From: Prorocentrum cordatum
Lineage: Eukaryota
Direction: 5' to 3'
DNA: 56,900 nucleotides
Assembly: GCA_963575745.1 (NCBI GenBank)
Contig: CAUYUJ010000056.1
Span: 62,001 to 118,900, forward strand
A program made the position numbers and the translations under genes. Each line of letters opens with the position of its first letter. Within the stretch, counting starts at the first letter, position 1. The notes beneath the pieces were generated by a model that made no database searches, was not told where the DNA came from, and was given only the letters and a program-made list of their open reading frames with translations. This document shows, piece after piece, positions 12,274 through 24,223 of this stretch.

Positions 12274-12900
12274 TTGGACGCAGCGCACGCGCGCGCGTCG
12301 TCGCGCGCGCGCCGAAATGATCCAAAGACCTTCGGTTCCGGAAAGATTTCAAAACTGAGCGTCCAAAGAACAAAAACATTTGGTTTCGCAGCGCTGATCC
12401 CCCCAAAAAAAAATGCGCGCGCCCTTGCGTTTTTTTTGTTTAAAAAACCATTCGGTTTTCAAGGTTTTCAGAAAATGCGACCAAACGGGCTTCGCGCGCG
12501 CATGTCGAAATCGTTCGAATGCCCTTGCGCGCGCGCCGTCGCGAGAACCCTTTGCAAAACATCGGGCAAAGTGCACGCGCGCGCGTCGCCGCGCGCGCAT
12601 GCCGAAATCATTCAGAAACCTTCGGTGTGGGAAAGAGTTCAAAATCTAGTGCCCCAAAAACATGCGAAAACACCAGGTTTCGCAACGCGGATGTTCAACA
12701 AAAGCGTGCGCGCGCGCTCTTGTAAATTCAAGACAGCCATCAATTTTTTCATCAAAGAATGCGACCAAACGGGCTTCGCGCGCGCATGTCGAAAACGTTC
12801 GAACGCCCTTGCGCGCGCGTTGCGGTGGCACGATCCGTGTCAAAGAATACTATGCGAGCCACTCTCGCGCGTCTGCCGCGCGCGCATTTCGGATTCCTTT
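12274..12900 (+). repeat. Two ~290-bp diverged tandem units rich in (GC)n and A-tracts; inverted relative at ~4480-4800
   Basis: aatgcgaccaaacgggcttcgcgcgcgcatgtcgaaa at ~12474 and ~12758; cgcgcgcgccgaaatgatccaaagacc matches the reverse complement of ~4490-4520. Confidence 0.7.
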
Positions 12901-15292
12901 CAACACCTTTATCGCCGACGCGAAGACGCCGTCATCGTCGTCGGCGTGATCGGCATCCGCGCCGTCACTGGCCGTGCCGTCGTCGCTGTCAACATCGTCG
13001 CCAACATCGTTACTATCTTCATCACCATCGTGTCTAAAATTGTCGACGTTGCCATGATACCGCACCCGCCCAAGTCGACGACTCGCAGTCAAGTGCCCGC
13101 TGGGATGTGCCGAAAGGTCAACACCACCGCGGCCGCGTCGGTCGCAGAGATGCACGAGCCAGCGCCAAGCACTCATCGCAATCGCTGTCGAATGAGGTTT
13201 GCAAACCAAGTTGCGGGTGGGTGGGTGGGATGTTTGCTCGAGCAGTGGAGTGGACAACTCACTGTGAACAAAAATTAGTTCCACCGCGTAGTTTCCACCG
13301 CATAGCTTACAGCCCGTAGCCTACAGCACATTGTCCGCATCACTTGGCTTACGCCACATCGCTCGCACCGCATCGATTGCATCACACAGCGTACACCACA
13401 TATGTTCTAGCTTCGGCCACTTATATTGCACCAAATGCACGCGTCAACAGCACAATCAATTACTGTTTGGGGTCAACGCTGGCAAACAGACATGTTTCCG
13501 CAACCCTTCCCCGGAGATTGACATGGAGTGTCCTCAGGTCCTTGAGCCGCAACACTTTTTCAATGGGCCCGCAGCCCCCGGGTTCCGGACGTTACTGGGC
13601 CCTCCCAGGACTTGTCGCGAGTCCCCGCGTGTTCCCGCGTGACTTTTCTGGAGGGAAGTGGGCTCCTAAACCTGCCAAGAGGGCCCTACAAGGCTCTCAA
13701 TAGGGCCCCGAGACCGAACAAGACTTTTCCAAGACGCCCCAAATGACCTCAAAACGACCCAGGAGTCCCCCAAGAGCATCCCAACAAGCCCTCAAAGAGG
13801 ACCCCAGGAGGCAGAAAGCATGAGACCCGTTCGATTTTTGAATGATTCTTGCGCTCTCGCCGTTTCGGGTTTCCAACCCAAGAGGGGGGACTCGACCTGA
13901 TATTCCGAGCCCTCCGCCCTCAGATAACCCCCGAGACCACCAGCAGGCACCAAAGAGGGCCCCAAGAAGCCCCCGTATGCCCCCAAGAAACCCCAAAGAG
14001 GCCCCGAGAGCACCCCAGAAAGGCCCCATTGGAAGGTTTAGATGTATTTTGTGCTACCCGTGAAAGGGCCTTGCCGCAGTGCGCCGTCCAACGCGAGCAC
14101 TCCCGCGGCGCACGCAGGCATGGGCCGATGTTGAACCATTGGGGCAATTCACGGTGGCATGCGCATACACACGCGCGCCCCTCGAAAAACGGCATGGGGC
14201 ATCATTGGGCATGGGCGACTGCGACGACGACGACGACGACGACAACGGCGACGACCACGACAAGGATGAGGGGGGAAGAGCGGGCGACGGTATTTTGCAC
14301 TCACGCGCACGCTTGCAGTCACTGGTTTTTTGGCCTCCGACCGCCGACCGGAGATGGGTTGCAGCCACTGGTTATACTATTTCCATGCAGGTATGTATGT
14401 CGCCAAAGAGAAATATCCACATTTGCGGAGACGAAATCCAAGCCTGCAGCTCAGGTGAACGTGGAGCTTATTTAGTCGAACCATGGGCGGCGGAGGCCAG
14501 GTGGTGCGGAAGAGCGGAGGCGGTCGGGCAAAACCAATCGCGCCCGCGCATGCGCGCTACATCTCTCCCGCATCCCGAGCGGACGGCCCACGCTGCGGGC
14601 AATGACCGGCGCAAGCAGATGACTGACCCCAAAGCTGTTTCTACGGTACACAGCTCAAGACGCCGTCTAGTGCATGCGACGCGTTTCAGGAGCTCTTCGC
14701 CCCCTTCGTCAGGGATGGGCCCAAATGGCGGCCCTAAGAAACCCGTTGCCACCAGCGGCTAACCGACCCTACCACCACCACCACCACCACCAATCATCGA
14801 TCCTCTGCAATCGATGAAAGGTGGGGGCAGGGCTCAACTTTCTACACGTGTTCGACGAATTCCGACCATACCCCCGCCGCCAATCGAGTTGCCCGAATCG
14901 TGGATCGGCGAAGGTAGGTTTCGGATTCCGCCGCCGAACCGCGCTCACGTCGCCCGCGACGGCGGTCGGGTCCGCCGTGGAACTCCCGCTCCCCCGGAGC
15001 GGCCCCTTGGACCTCTGCAGGCGGGGGGGCGCCCCGGCCAGCACATCGAGGCGAACCGCCATGGTCGTGGCGAAAGAAGGGCGCCTCGGGAGGCCCAGAA
15101 GGCGCCTCAAGAGAGGGCCCAGAGACCTCGACCCCCCTCGGCCCGCGATCCCGCGACGACGCTCCAGCCCCGGCGCGGAAGGAAGGCGTCCTTGTGGAAA
15201 CGGTCCAGCCTCAGGCGCCTGAAAACGGCGACAGACCTCCAGGACTGCGTTCCTCCAGGCTCCAGGAGGAAGCCTAAACAACTGCTCGAACA

Positions 15293-15438
15293 TAAGCTCC
15301 GAAGGTCCGCACGGGTTTCTTGGATCAGCGCGGGACCGCCCTGGCGGCGCCTCCAGCGCCGCCCCTGGCGCGCTTCGCGCGCCTGGGAGGGGGGACCAGC
15401 GCCGATCCAAGAACTCCGCGAGGACCTCTGAAAGCTTA
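15293..15438. repeat. Fold-back (MITE-like) element, GGTCCGCGCGGATTTCTTGGA family
   Basis: Imperfect inverted arms taagctccgaaggtccgcacgggtttcttggatcagcgc / gcgccgatccaagaactccgcgaggacctctgaaagctta; related to 47448-47589 and 32335-32410. Confidence 0.7.
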
Positions 15439-17849
15439 ACGCTCATGCTGCTCTGCTCTTCTTGAACTTCTTCATGGTGGATGATGGTGAGCCTTCGGGC
15501 TGCGCGCAGACAGCCCCCCTAGGTACTCCCAGCTGGCCTCCACAGGCCCCCCGAGTAGTCCCTGGGGCGCCGAACGCCCAACTGGCGCCGCTGGAGGCGG
15601 CGCCAAAGTGCTGAGACCGCCCCGGGCTACTGGGGGGGGGCCTGTTGAGGCCAGCTGGGACTGCCTGGAGGGGCTGTACAGTGGAGGCCATGCCAGTCCA
15701 CAAGAAACCTTCCACAAGAAGCCCAACCCTGAGACCCCAGGACGTACATGGATGTTTGGTGTGGGAACGTCACGCGTTCCGCTGCAAAACCATAGAAACC
15801 CAAGAAGCCCAGGGCCCAGGGCACCCTGGAGGTGAGCAGGGTGCTTCTTGGCATGGGCCCCCACTGTAGGTCTAGGTGGGGCATGTCCTCCTACAGGCGG
15901 ATGTTGGACGAACCATGAAAAAACATTCCAAAATATTCAAAAAAAAGAAAACATTAGAAACATCGTCCCCAGACTAGTTTTGGACTATTTTTGGATACTC
16001 CTCCTGTCGAGGGGACACGCCCGACTTGACCGTAGGTGCGACCCCACGGCGACTCCGGTCCGCGCGAGGCCGACGAGCGCAGGGCGGCTGCAGTCTCCCG
16101 GCGCGGCCACGGCGTCGAACGCGGCGAGGGCCCTCCGCTCGGCCGCCTCGGACTCCTGCGGGGCGGGAGCTCTTCTCTCGGGGAGACGTAAGACCCGGGT
16201 ACGGGGGACTCGGAAATCCCCGACGAGGTCGTCAAAAAAATGACGAGGCCGAGTCTGCATTTTGACGAGGCCTCCCGCTGCAGACATCCCACGAAACTCC
16301 TCCTCGTCAAAATCCGAGTCGCGGTCGTCAAAAAACGATGGCGAACCCGGGTCCTGGCAAACCCGGGTCTTACGCTCCCCCGATTCTCGACGAGCGCGGC
16401 TTTTGGGCGCCGCGGGGGGACCAAACACAGGCAGGCGCGCAGGACGTTGCTATCGCATCGAGGTCGGCGATCGGGGGACCCCAATGGGCCCGCACCAGAG
16501 GTCACTCCAGCGAAAGTCACTCTTACGTCTGGTCGATTCTTCGGCGGCGCTCGGCCGTCGCCGGCCGTCCGGGCGGCCACGGAGTTGGGGAACGGGCGCA
16601 CGAACGCGCGCGCGCAACGTCCCTGGAGGGGGCGCAAATCATGGCCAGCGGCGCGTGCGCGGCCCAAGAGGGGGCCAGGGACGTATTGAAATAAGAAGGG
16701 GCGCCACGAAATCTGGGGAGATATCATGACCCGCGCCCTGATATCCCCCCCCCTAGTCGTCACCCCCCTCTCGGCCGACCCCGAGTTGGGGAACGGGCGC
16801 ACGAACGCACGCGACGTCCTTGGGGAGAGGCGGGGCGGCCAGCGGCCGGCGCAGAACGGCCGTGGCCGCTCCCTCCCGATCGGCCCGGGGGGCCATGGTA
16901 CTGGGAGCACGAGGGCTGAGCAGGGGCACAGGGGAGGTGCAGGGGCAGGGACTGGGATGCCGGGCAAGAGGCAACGCGTGCAGGGGCTGCAGGGGGGAGG
17001 GAGGAGGGGATGGTGGTGGGGCGAAGGGGGGAGGGGAGAGGGTGGTGGGGGCGGATGGCGGGGTGGGGGAGGGCGGGCGGTTATGTCGGCTGCAGGAGGC
17101 CAGGCGAGTCCGGAGCCCGTTCGCCAGGATGGGCGCCGGTGACTCGTCGGCCCGACGTCCCGCTTCGCGCCTGTGCCCCTCTTGGCCGTGGGGGCGGGGC
17201 TGGGCTGCACCAGCGCCGCGCTCTGGCGCTTCAACCGGCCAAGAAAAAGGCACCCTTCTGCGTTCCATATACATGTAGCTGACAGGGGGAGGAGAAATAA
17301 AGAAAGGGGGACGAGAAAAAGGTGGGAGGATGATCTGGATGAGGAGGAGGAGGAGAGGGGGGAGGAGCAATGAGGGGGAGGAGCAATGAGGGGGAGGAGG
17401 AGGAGGAGGAGGAGGAGGAGGAGGAGGAGGAGGAGGAGGAGCGCTGCCTCCCCTCCATCTCCTCCCCCGCTCCACCTCCCCACCGGCTGCCTGCGTGCCC
17501 CCCACCCCGCGTTCCACTCAAGGTCTCTCCTGCGCTGAAGGGCTCCCTTCTCCCCGGTGCTTCCGAGAGCCCTTCTCCCCTGTGCTTCCGTAGGAGAAGG
17601 GCGGGGAGGAGAGGGAGGCGGCAGGGTTCAGCGGAAATTACCCTGGCGACGTACCCAACCCCTGCGCAAACGCGGGGCGCACATAGGTTAGAACACTTTA
17701 TAAGGGGGGCGATGACGGAGCGAGGGTTACATATGTCTGCAGACGGAATTCGGGAGACTCGCAGGACACTGGCTATAGGACAAGGACTAGATAAAGCTGA
17801 TTAGCTACAATCCCTGAGCATCCTAGCCACTTCGAAAGCGGGGATCTCA

Positions 17850-19300
17850 TATCGCAGCCCCCGAGAGATGGCGAGGTCTAATCACTGTGCTGGGCCCCCC
17901 AGCAGGCCTCGAAAGTAGCGACAGTTTCACAGATCGCAGCCCCCCAGGGATGGCGAGGTCTAATTTCGGTCCGCGCGTGGCGTCACTGTGCTGGGCCCCC
18001 CAGCAGGCCTTGACAGTGGCGACGGTTTCACAGATCGCAGCCCCCAGGGATGGCGAGGTCTAATTTGAATCCGCCCGTGGCGTGCCTGTTCTGGGCCCCC
18101 CAGCAAGCCTCGAAAACGGCGACAGTTTCACAGATCGCAGCCCCCCGCAGGCCTCGACAGTGGCGACAGTTTCACAGATCGCAGCCCCCCAGGGATGGCG
18201 AGGTCTAATTTGAATCCGCCCATGGGGTCACTGTGCTGGGCCCCCAGCAGGCCTCGAAAGTGGTGACAGTTTCACAGATCGCAGCCCCCCAGGGATGGCG
18301 AGGTCTAATTTGAATCCGCCCGTGGCGTCACTGTGCTGGGCCCCCCAGCAAGCCTCGAAAGTGGCGACGGTTTCACAGATCGCAGCCCCCCAGGGATGGC
18401 GAGGTCTAATTTGAATCCGCCCGTGGCGTCACTGTGCTGGGCCCCCCAGCAGGCCTCGAAAGTGGCGACAGTTTCACAGATCGCAGCCCCCCAGGGATGG
18501 CGAGGTCTAATTTGAATCCGCGCGTGGCGTCACTGTGCTGGGCCCCCCAGCAGGCCTCGAAAGTGGCGACAGTTTCACAGATCGCAGCCCCCCAGGGATG
18601 GCGAGGTCTAATTTGAATCCGCCCGTGGCGTCACTGTGCTGGGCCCCCCAGCAGGCCTCGAAAGTGGCGACAGTTTCACAGATCGCAGCCCCCCAGGGAT
18701 GGCGAGGTCTAATTTGAATCCGCCGTGGCGTCACTGTGCTGGGCCCCCCAGCAGGCCTCGAAAGTGGCGACAGTTTCACAGATCGCAGCCCCCCAGGGAT
18801 GGCGAGGTCTAATTTGAATCCGCCCGTGGCGTCACTGTGCTGGGCCCCCCAGCAGGCCTCGAAAGTGGCGACAGTTTCACAGATCGCAGCCCCCCAGGGA
18901 TGGCGAGGTCTAATTTGAATCCGCGCGTGGCGTCACTGTGCTGGGCCCCCCAGCAGGCCTCGAAAGTGGCGACAGTTTCACAGATCGCAGCCCCCCAGGG
19001 ATGGCGAGGTCTAATTTGAATCCGCGCGTGGCGTCACTGTGCTGGGCCCCCCAGCAGGCCTCGAAAGTGGCGACAGTTTCACAGATCGCAGCCCCCCAGG
19101 GATGGCGAGGTCTAATTTGAATCCGCCCGTGGCGTCACTGTGCTGGGCCCCCCAGCAGGCCTCGACAGTGGCGACAGTTTCACAGATCGCAGCCCCCCAG
19201 GGATGGCGAGGTCTAATTTGAATCCGCCCGTGGCGTCACTGTGCTGCCCCCCCCAGCAGGCATCGAAAGTGGCGACAGTTTCACAGATCGCAGCCCCCCG
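17850..19300 (+). repeat. 101-bp tandem satellite, ~14 copies
   Basis: Near-identical ORF starts at 18333, 18434, 18535, 18736, 18837, 18938, 19039, 19140, 19241; each unit contains the hairpin TGCTGGG-CCC-CCCAGCA; no unique spacers. Confidence 0.97.
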
Positions 19301-20804
19301 CAGGCAAGACAGGAGGAGGCAAGAGGGAGGCTGGACGGGAGGCAGGAGGAAAGGAGGAAGTGGAGACCACACTGCTCTATTCAAAACGAATACCCAACCA
19401 AGGAGGGTTGGGAAAAAAGAGACGGATGAGAAGGACGAGAGTCAGGAGGAGGAGGAGGAGGAGGAGGAGGAAGAGGAGGAGGAGGAGGAGGAGGAGGAGG
19501 AGTTGGCGAGAAAGAGAGAAAAACGAGACGGGTGAAGATAACGGAGGGGGATCAGGAGGAGGAGGCGGAGGAAGAGGAGGAGGAAAAGGAGAAGAGAAGG
19601 ACCAACTAAGACCAAGATGCATCAGCGATGCGACAACGCCCGTTCCCGTTTCAAGTCCCTTCGCCGCAGGAACCTGCTTTTCCTTTTCGCTACAAGAAAC
19701 GCCCCCTTGGAAGACCAGCACCATGTGGACCTGCCATTCAGGAGAGAGCTCCACCCTGGAGGAATTCGACTGTCTCCTTCTAGCGCGTCATCGGAAATGC
19801 GGAAAAGGGTATGGGTCATACAGTTCAACGAGGTGTCCAGCGAGGTCTCAATACTTTAAATGACCGTCACCATTCATGTAACAATCGCACGAAGGTGCAC
19901 TCCTGGCCATGAGATCCAACGAAGTCCCAAGCGAAAACCCCATTCTGACCATGAGCCGCCCTCCATCCGTGCAACTACTATATACATTGAAGAGTCGGGT
20001 CAAGTTAAGGGGGTCTGAGGCGAGAGCCAGATCGCGAGAGGGAGCTGTCCTCCCCCCCTGATAAGTGCGTGGCGCTGAAGCTAAAGCCCCATGTCGAAAA
20101 TCCCCCCATGTGCACCCTTGTGATTGTTACAAGCGTTTGAATCGAACGTACGTGGCGCCGCATACAGTAACACCCCCAGTTCCAAAAGAACACGCCCTCC
20201 ATTCCTGCAACGGTTGCAAGATTTTCAGCGGATGTGCACGGTGCTAAGGCTAGAACTGTTGCGAGGAGTGGTGTGCGCGAAGCTGCGGCGAGAGCACCGT
20301 TTTGAGAACCACCTGTGCACCATCCTTGCAACTGTTGCACGCAGTGCGAGGGCGCCATTTTGCAATACACCTGCTCTCCATCCTTCTGATTGTTGCACGA
20401 TTTCAAAAACAACAGTACGCAACACCAAGGCGAGAACTTCATGTTGAAAACTGCATGTACTCCATGCTTGTGACAGTTGTGAAATTCAGACATGAGAATC
20501 CAAAAGGCTGGGGATCTCTCAGACGAAACGCCCGGCCCGCCCTACAGACGCGCCTGGGGGGGAGACAGACAGGAGAATTCTATGATGATAAAACATGGAA
20601 ATGGAAACATGAAGGACGCTGGAGGGTTATATGGAGCAGAAGGGGAAAAAGCAGGATTGAGGAGAGCAGGAATGGATGAGTAGGAAAAGATGCGATGCGA
20701 GAGTAGGGGAGGGGAAAGGGTGGGAAGAAATGGTGTGAACTAAGGCGTTTTTATTAGCGACGATAGCGTGCACGATGGGGGGAAGGGGGGAGGCGGGGGG
20801 GGGC

Positions 20805-20875
<71 letters not shown>

Positions 20876-21680
20876 GGAGGACGAGGATGTTGATGATCAT
20901 GACGATGATGAGGAGGAGGAGGAGGAAGAGGAGGACGAGAAGGAGGAGGAGGAGGAGGAGGAGGAGGAGGAGGAGGAGGAGGAGGAGGAGGAGGAGCGAG
21001 AGGCGGCCGTCCTGGCCGAAGTTCTTCACCAGCCGCGCATTGCTCGTGCTGTCCGGCGTTCTTTTTTTTCTCTGCGCCGCCCCTCCTGGCCAGGCCAGAG
21101 GAGCGGCGCCGAAGTCGCTCCCATCGGCTTCCAGCCCGCACCCCTTCGGGTTGCACCCGAGGAAGAACCCCAATCTCTGATGGTACGATTTTTCAATCCT
21201 GGCGTGTTTCCCCGATTTCGGGCACCAGGGCCTGCGATCGGACCCCGAGATCATCAAACATGGATCTTGGGGGAACGGTCACCCCCTGTAAAGAAGGTCA
21301 AGACTTCTGGGGCCGCGCATTGAAAACTATATCCTCGGACGCCTGGGAAAAGGAAGGGGGATGAAAATGTTGGAGGAAGGAGAAAATTGAGAAAGGGGGC
21401 GGTGGGAAGGATCAGTGAGGAATGAGAGAGAGAGGAGGAGGAGGAGGAGGAGGAGGAGGAGGAGGAGGAGGAGGAGGAGGAGGAGGAGGAGGAGGAGGAG
21501 GAGGAGGAGGAGGAGGAGGAGGGATCAATGAGGAAGGAGAGAGAGAGAGAGGAGGGAGGAGGAGGAGGAGGAGGAGGAGGAGGAGGAGGAGGAGGAGGAG
21601 GACGAAGAGGAGGAGGAGGAGGGGGAGGAGGAGGAGAGGAAGAGGAGCAGGAGGAGGAGGAGGAGGAGGAGGAGGAGTGC
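20805..21680 (+). repeat. (GAT)n and (GAG)n microsatellites (20805-21000; 21430-21680)
   Basis: Direct reading. Confidence 0.95.
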
Positions 21681-21769
21681 ACGGACCCAAAGAGGAAGAG
21701 ACGAGGGCAAGCGGGCAAGACGCGAGATGAGGGCAAATTGTCAGCACGCGTCCGTCCGCTGGTGCCGAC

Positions 21770-24223
21770 CTACTTCCAGAGCGCTGCTTTGGTAGCGCTC
21801 AACCCTTCAGCTATCGTGGCTGGGGTCGGCGTGGCGTGCTTGTTTTTGTTGCGCAGATTGAAGGTCGGCGCTGTCCGCTGGATCGACCGCTGCAGCGAGA
21901 GGTCGCTGTCAGGATCAGACGGATCGGCGGCGGCGGGGCCCAAGCCCCAATGTGTAAGTGCGTTGCGGAGCGGGGGGGAGTCGGGGGACCAGAGGAGGCT
22001 CAGGAAGCCAGGGCAGGAGAGGTAGTGAGTGAACGAGTCGGGTGCCGCCTGGCATCCAAACACGCACTGCTTCTGCTGGAAGACGCGCATGCGGTGGGTG
22101 GTCGTCCATCCTCCAGCAAGCGTCTTGTAAACCGCCCAGCGCCAGCTGGGGCGGACTCTGCGGAGTGCACTGGTGAGAGCGGACCAGCGTGTCGCGAGCT
22201 CTGGGGCTGAGGGCGGCTGATGGATGCTCCATGCTGCGATGCGCTTCTCGAGAGTGGCTGTGAACGGCGACGAAAAAGAGGCGCGCTGTAGCGCGAGCGC
22301 GAGCGCGCGCTGCACCTTAGGGCGGCGCGGTGGCTCGGCGGCTGGGGACTCGCGGAGCTCGCGGGCAACTGCGCGGTTTGCCGCGGCCACGGCAGCTGCA
22401 GAAAACGGCGCGACGCGATTGCCGGAGGACAGGGCATGGTAGAATTGCACGATGGAAGTGTCCGCTTCCCAGAAGGGCGGAGACCGCTGCCTGGCCCCCC
22501 ACCGATGGAAGGAGTGAGCCGCGCTCTCCTCCCACGCGGTGTCTCGCAGACGCGCGTGGAATGGCCCCCATCCCCCACGCAGCGTGCAGGTTGCAGAACG
22601 AATTGCGGCGGCGACGGCAGAAATCTGAGCAGATCGTGGGACAGGAGGCGGGCACCACTCCGCAATTGCGATGAGATCTACTTTGCGAAACGTGTTCGGC
22701 GGCAGGCTGAGCATGTTGTGGAAGATGTAATGTTCACGGCGAGCAATCTTCAGATCAAGCGGAAAGAATTGTGAGACATAGCTGAGCGTCGAAACGACCG
22801 ATGCGTTGCGCAGGCGAACGGTGGCGCCACTGCCGCTCTCGACAAGCTGGAGAGAACTACCACGCTGCCACCATTTCTGCCCATGGGCGAGCCATTGCGA
22901 GACGACAGAGGCCGAGGGCCCGAGGAAGGCCCCGAGGTACTCGGCTCGCCCCGAAACCGAAAAGCCTCCCCAGGAGGGACAGAGGTCGGCCGGGAGGGCC
23001 TTCGTTCGGGCTGTGGTGGCAGGCGCTGCCTTCGTCCAAAGCGGGACGACGACGCACTTACGAGGCTTGAGCGTGAGGAGCGCGAGCTCTTCAGCAGCGC
23101 AAAATGGCTCAGATGTGCGGCGCAGCGTGTCGATCGAGGACGTGAGGAGGCCAGTGTCGTCCGCGCACACACCGAGGTAGCCCTTGTCGTAGTCAGGAGT
23201 GCCATCGACCGTCTCGACGAAAGAAGCGAGGTGCCGCACCACCCGGTCCATCGCGATCGCCCGCGCTGAGCCGCTCGCAGGACAGCCCTGCGCCGCGCTA
23301 GACGCGATCGGGAACATGAAGTGACGGACACCGTCGATCTTTGGGAAGCTGTTCGGGGCGTGGTACAGCTGGCGGAAGAGACTGAGCAGGCCCCCAGGAA
23401 CTCCGAAACGCCCCAGCGATGCGAAGAGCCAGACCCGTCCGCGCGACGGGAACGCCGCTGCGAAGTCGAAGCTGGTGAAGACGGGCTTGTGCAGCTCGGC
23501 GTCGGGGCGCGCCCCGGCACGGCGCATCTCCGCGTCTAGGTTGACGACGTGCTTGGAAAAAATGCGGCCGACGACGAAGCCCTGCTGTGCGTAATGCGTC
23601 CGCTCTGCCACAGCGGACTTGATGAGGAAGATGGCAGCGCCCGCGATGGCCTTGAAATCCGCGTTCTTGAAGGGGAGCGGGCGAGGGTCCTCTGGCAAGC
23701 GGTCCGTCGTGAGCTCGCCCGTGAGGTTGCCGCCCTTTGGGGGGAAGGCGAAGTCGGAGTCGTTCAGATCGTGGATCAAGTCAGCGTTGGAGCAGAGGTG
23801 CCAAGCGAGGTCCTCGAGCAAAACCAAAGACGCGCCGACGGCGAGCCAGGCGCGGTACGGCAAAAGGTCGGGCCCGGGCGCAGACGGCGCAGCGCGCTGC
23901 AAGAAGCCGCGGATCTGCGCCTTGGTGGGCGCGCCAACGTCGACGGTGGGGAAGAGCGGCATGTGCGAGGCGATGTGCTGCTTGACCTTCGCTTCGTCGA
24001 CCTGCTTGCGCTCGAAGACAGGGCGCCAGTGGTCGCGAAGTGCGTCCACCATCGCACAGCTCTCTCTGGCTACCCCAGGAAGGCCCGAAGGGCCGGTGGT
24101 TCTGATGCCCTGGAAGACAAGACGGCGCTTCCACGGGGCCCAAAGGAGGGCTCTGCGCTGGGACGCACGGGCGATCGTTCGGAGCTTCTCAGGCTCGATG
24201 GCCCCCGGCGTGCCCCGCGGCAA
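21770..24223 (-). CDS. LINE reverse transcriptase and C-terminal Cys/His domain (3' part of disrupted ORF2)
   Basis: Motifs APGPDLLPY, RPLPFKNADFK, QQGFVVGR, DFAAAFPS, QGCPASG, CADD, KPRKC, EYLG, and CVFGC...HYLSC. Confidence 0.9.
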   Translation of the reverse strand: MPRGTPGAIEPEKLRTIARASQRRALLWAPWKRRLVFQGIRTTGPSGLPGVARESCAMVDALRDHWRPVFERKQVDEAKVKQHIASHMPLFPTVDVGAPTKAQIRGFLQRAAPSAPGPDLLPYRAWLAVGASLVLLEDLAWHLCSNADLIHDLNDSDFAFPPKGGNLTGELTTDRLPEDPRPLPFKNADFKAIAGAAIFLIKSAVAERTHYAQQGFVVGRIFSKHVVNLDAEMRRAGARPDAELHKPVFTSFDFAAAFPSRGRVWLFASLGRFGVPGGLLSLFRQLYHAPNSFPKIDGVRHFMFPIASSAAQGCPASGSARAIAMDRVVRHLASFVETVDGTPDYDKGYLGVCADDTGLLTSSIDTLRRTSEPFCAAEELALLTLKPRKCVVVPLWTKAAPATTARTKALPADLCPSWGGFSVSGRAEYLGAFLGPSASVVSQWLAHGQKWWQRGSSLQLVESGSGATVRLRNASVVSTLSYVSQFFPLDLKIARREHYIFHNMLSLPPNTFRKVDLIAIAEWCPPPVPRSAQISAVAAAIRSATCTLRGGWGPFHARLRDTAWEESAAHSFHRWGARQRSPPFWEADTSIVQFYHALSSGNRVAPFSAAAVAAANRAVARELRESPAAEPPRRPKVQRALALALQRASFSSPFTATLEKRIAAWSIHQPPSAPELATRWSALTSALRRVRPSWRWAVYKTLAGGWTTTHRMRVFQQKQCVFGCQAAPDSFTHYLSCPGFLSLLWSPDSPPLRNALTHWGLGPAAADPSDPDSDLSLQRSIQRTAPTFNLRNKNKHATPTPATIAEGLSATKAALWK

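Noticed and set aside
14769..17517. Long ORFs (225-509 aa)
   Set aside because: No recognisable domains; they run through fold-back repeats, G/C tracts and (GAG)n.
17850..19300. CRISPR array
   Set aside because: Units are contiguous 101-bp repeats with no unique spacers, and there are no cas genes; the repeated 60-aa ORFs are artefacts.
19600..20500. Possible coding remnant
   Set aside because: No motif recognised; it looks like a degenerate internally repeated sequence (gttgca.ggatgg words on the minus strand).
23140..23175. CADD instead of YADD in the LINE RT as evidence of mutation
   Set aside because: May be the native motif of this LINE family, so it was not counted toward the mutation-bias claim.
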